Below, one piece after another: positions 63,701-64,000 of a stretch of DNA of 64,000 bases. The position numbers were made by a program, and so were the translations under genes. The notes under the pieces are model-generated. The model was not told the origin of the DNA. It did not search any database and worked only from the letters and a program-made list of their open reading frames with translations. This DNA comes from Torpedo marmorata (taxonomy: Eukaryota): the NCBI GenBank assembly GCA_977017645.1, contig OZ360229.1:11904001-11968000 (forward strand), written 5' to 3'. Numbering within the stretch: the stretch's first letter is position 1; every line of letters starts with the position of its first letter.

Positions 63701-64000
63701 CAAGCTAATCTTACCGTTAATTTAGCTAAAAGTGAATTTTGACATGCTCAGGTGACTTATCTTGGTTATGTTGTTGGCCAGAGAAAACTGGAGCTTGTTC
63801 AGGTTAAAGTTCAGATAATTTCTGAATTTCCTGTGCCCACAGGTAAGAAAGCAGTGAGGAGATTTTTTAGGTATGGTTGGGTATTATAGGAAGTTCTGTA
63901 AAAACTTTGCTGACATTGCTTCTCCCCTGACTAATCTTGAAAAAGAGTGAGAAGTTTATGTGGACAGCCATTTGTCAGGAAGCATTTGACAAACTGAAAG

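Larger units (their letters stand above)
59706..64000 (+). mobile_element. Decayed Gmr1-like Ty3/Gypsy LTR retrotransposon (gag, IN, RT, RNase H order), cut by the window end
   Basis: Gag-like coiled coil at 61240..61671. IN zinc finger (H..HLG..KT...FYWPNL.KDV..FCRTCHTCQ) at about 61900-62040. IN core IQSDQGSNF...SAYHPESQGALERF with a GPY/F motif at 62181..62846. RT follows at 63169..63742 (SSPCVLVPK, RFCTDYRKVN, YIDD). Confidence 0.92.

Overview
This is eukaryotic, AT-rich, transposon-dense vertebrate DNA. The repeat inventory (CR1, Rex1/Babar, L1/Tx1, Penelope, V-SINE) suggests a cartilaginous fish; that is inference. The window lies inside one large minus-strand gene of the Quaking (QKI, STAR/KH RNA-binding) family. 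Three coding exons are visible with canonical AG/GT sites and the conserved QKI exon lengths: 143 nt at 55056-54914, 117 nt at 25097-24981 and 144 nt at 11306-11163. Their residues resemble the fish qkia paralog more than tetrapod QKI. Exon 1 and exon 5 onward were not found in the window. The introns hold Rex1-like, CR1 and L1/Tx1 LINE copies, Penelope-like elements (PLEs), V-SINEs, hAT-, Tc2-, Tigger- and Harbinger-like non-autonomous DNA transposons, and a Gmr1-type Gypsy LTR element (integrase before RT) that runs off the right end. The most notable observations are: (1) a minimal hammerhead-ribozyme motif at a PLE end, plus about 10 dispersed and often fold-back remnants of the same terminal module; (2) a twin-priming-type inverted L1 that hosts a four-level nest of insertions; (3) inverted young repeat pairs bracketing the phase-0 exons 3-4, a possible circRNA with a stop-free frame; (4) a CR1 inserted into another CR1 near its own homologous position. 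All alignments were made by eye; no database searches were run.
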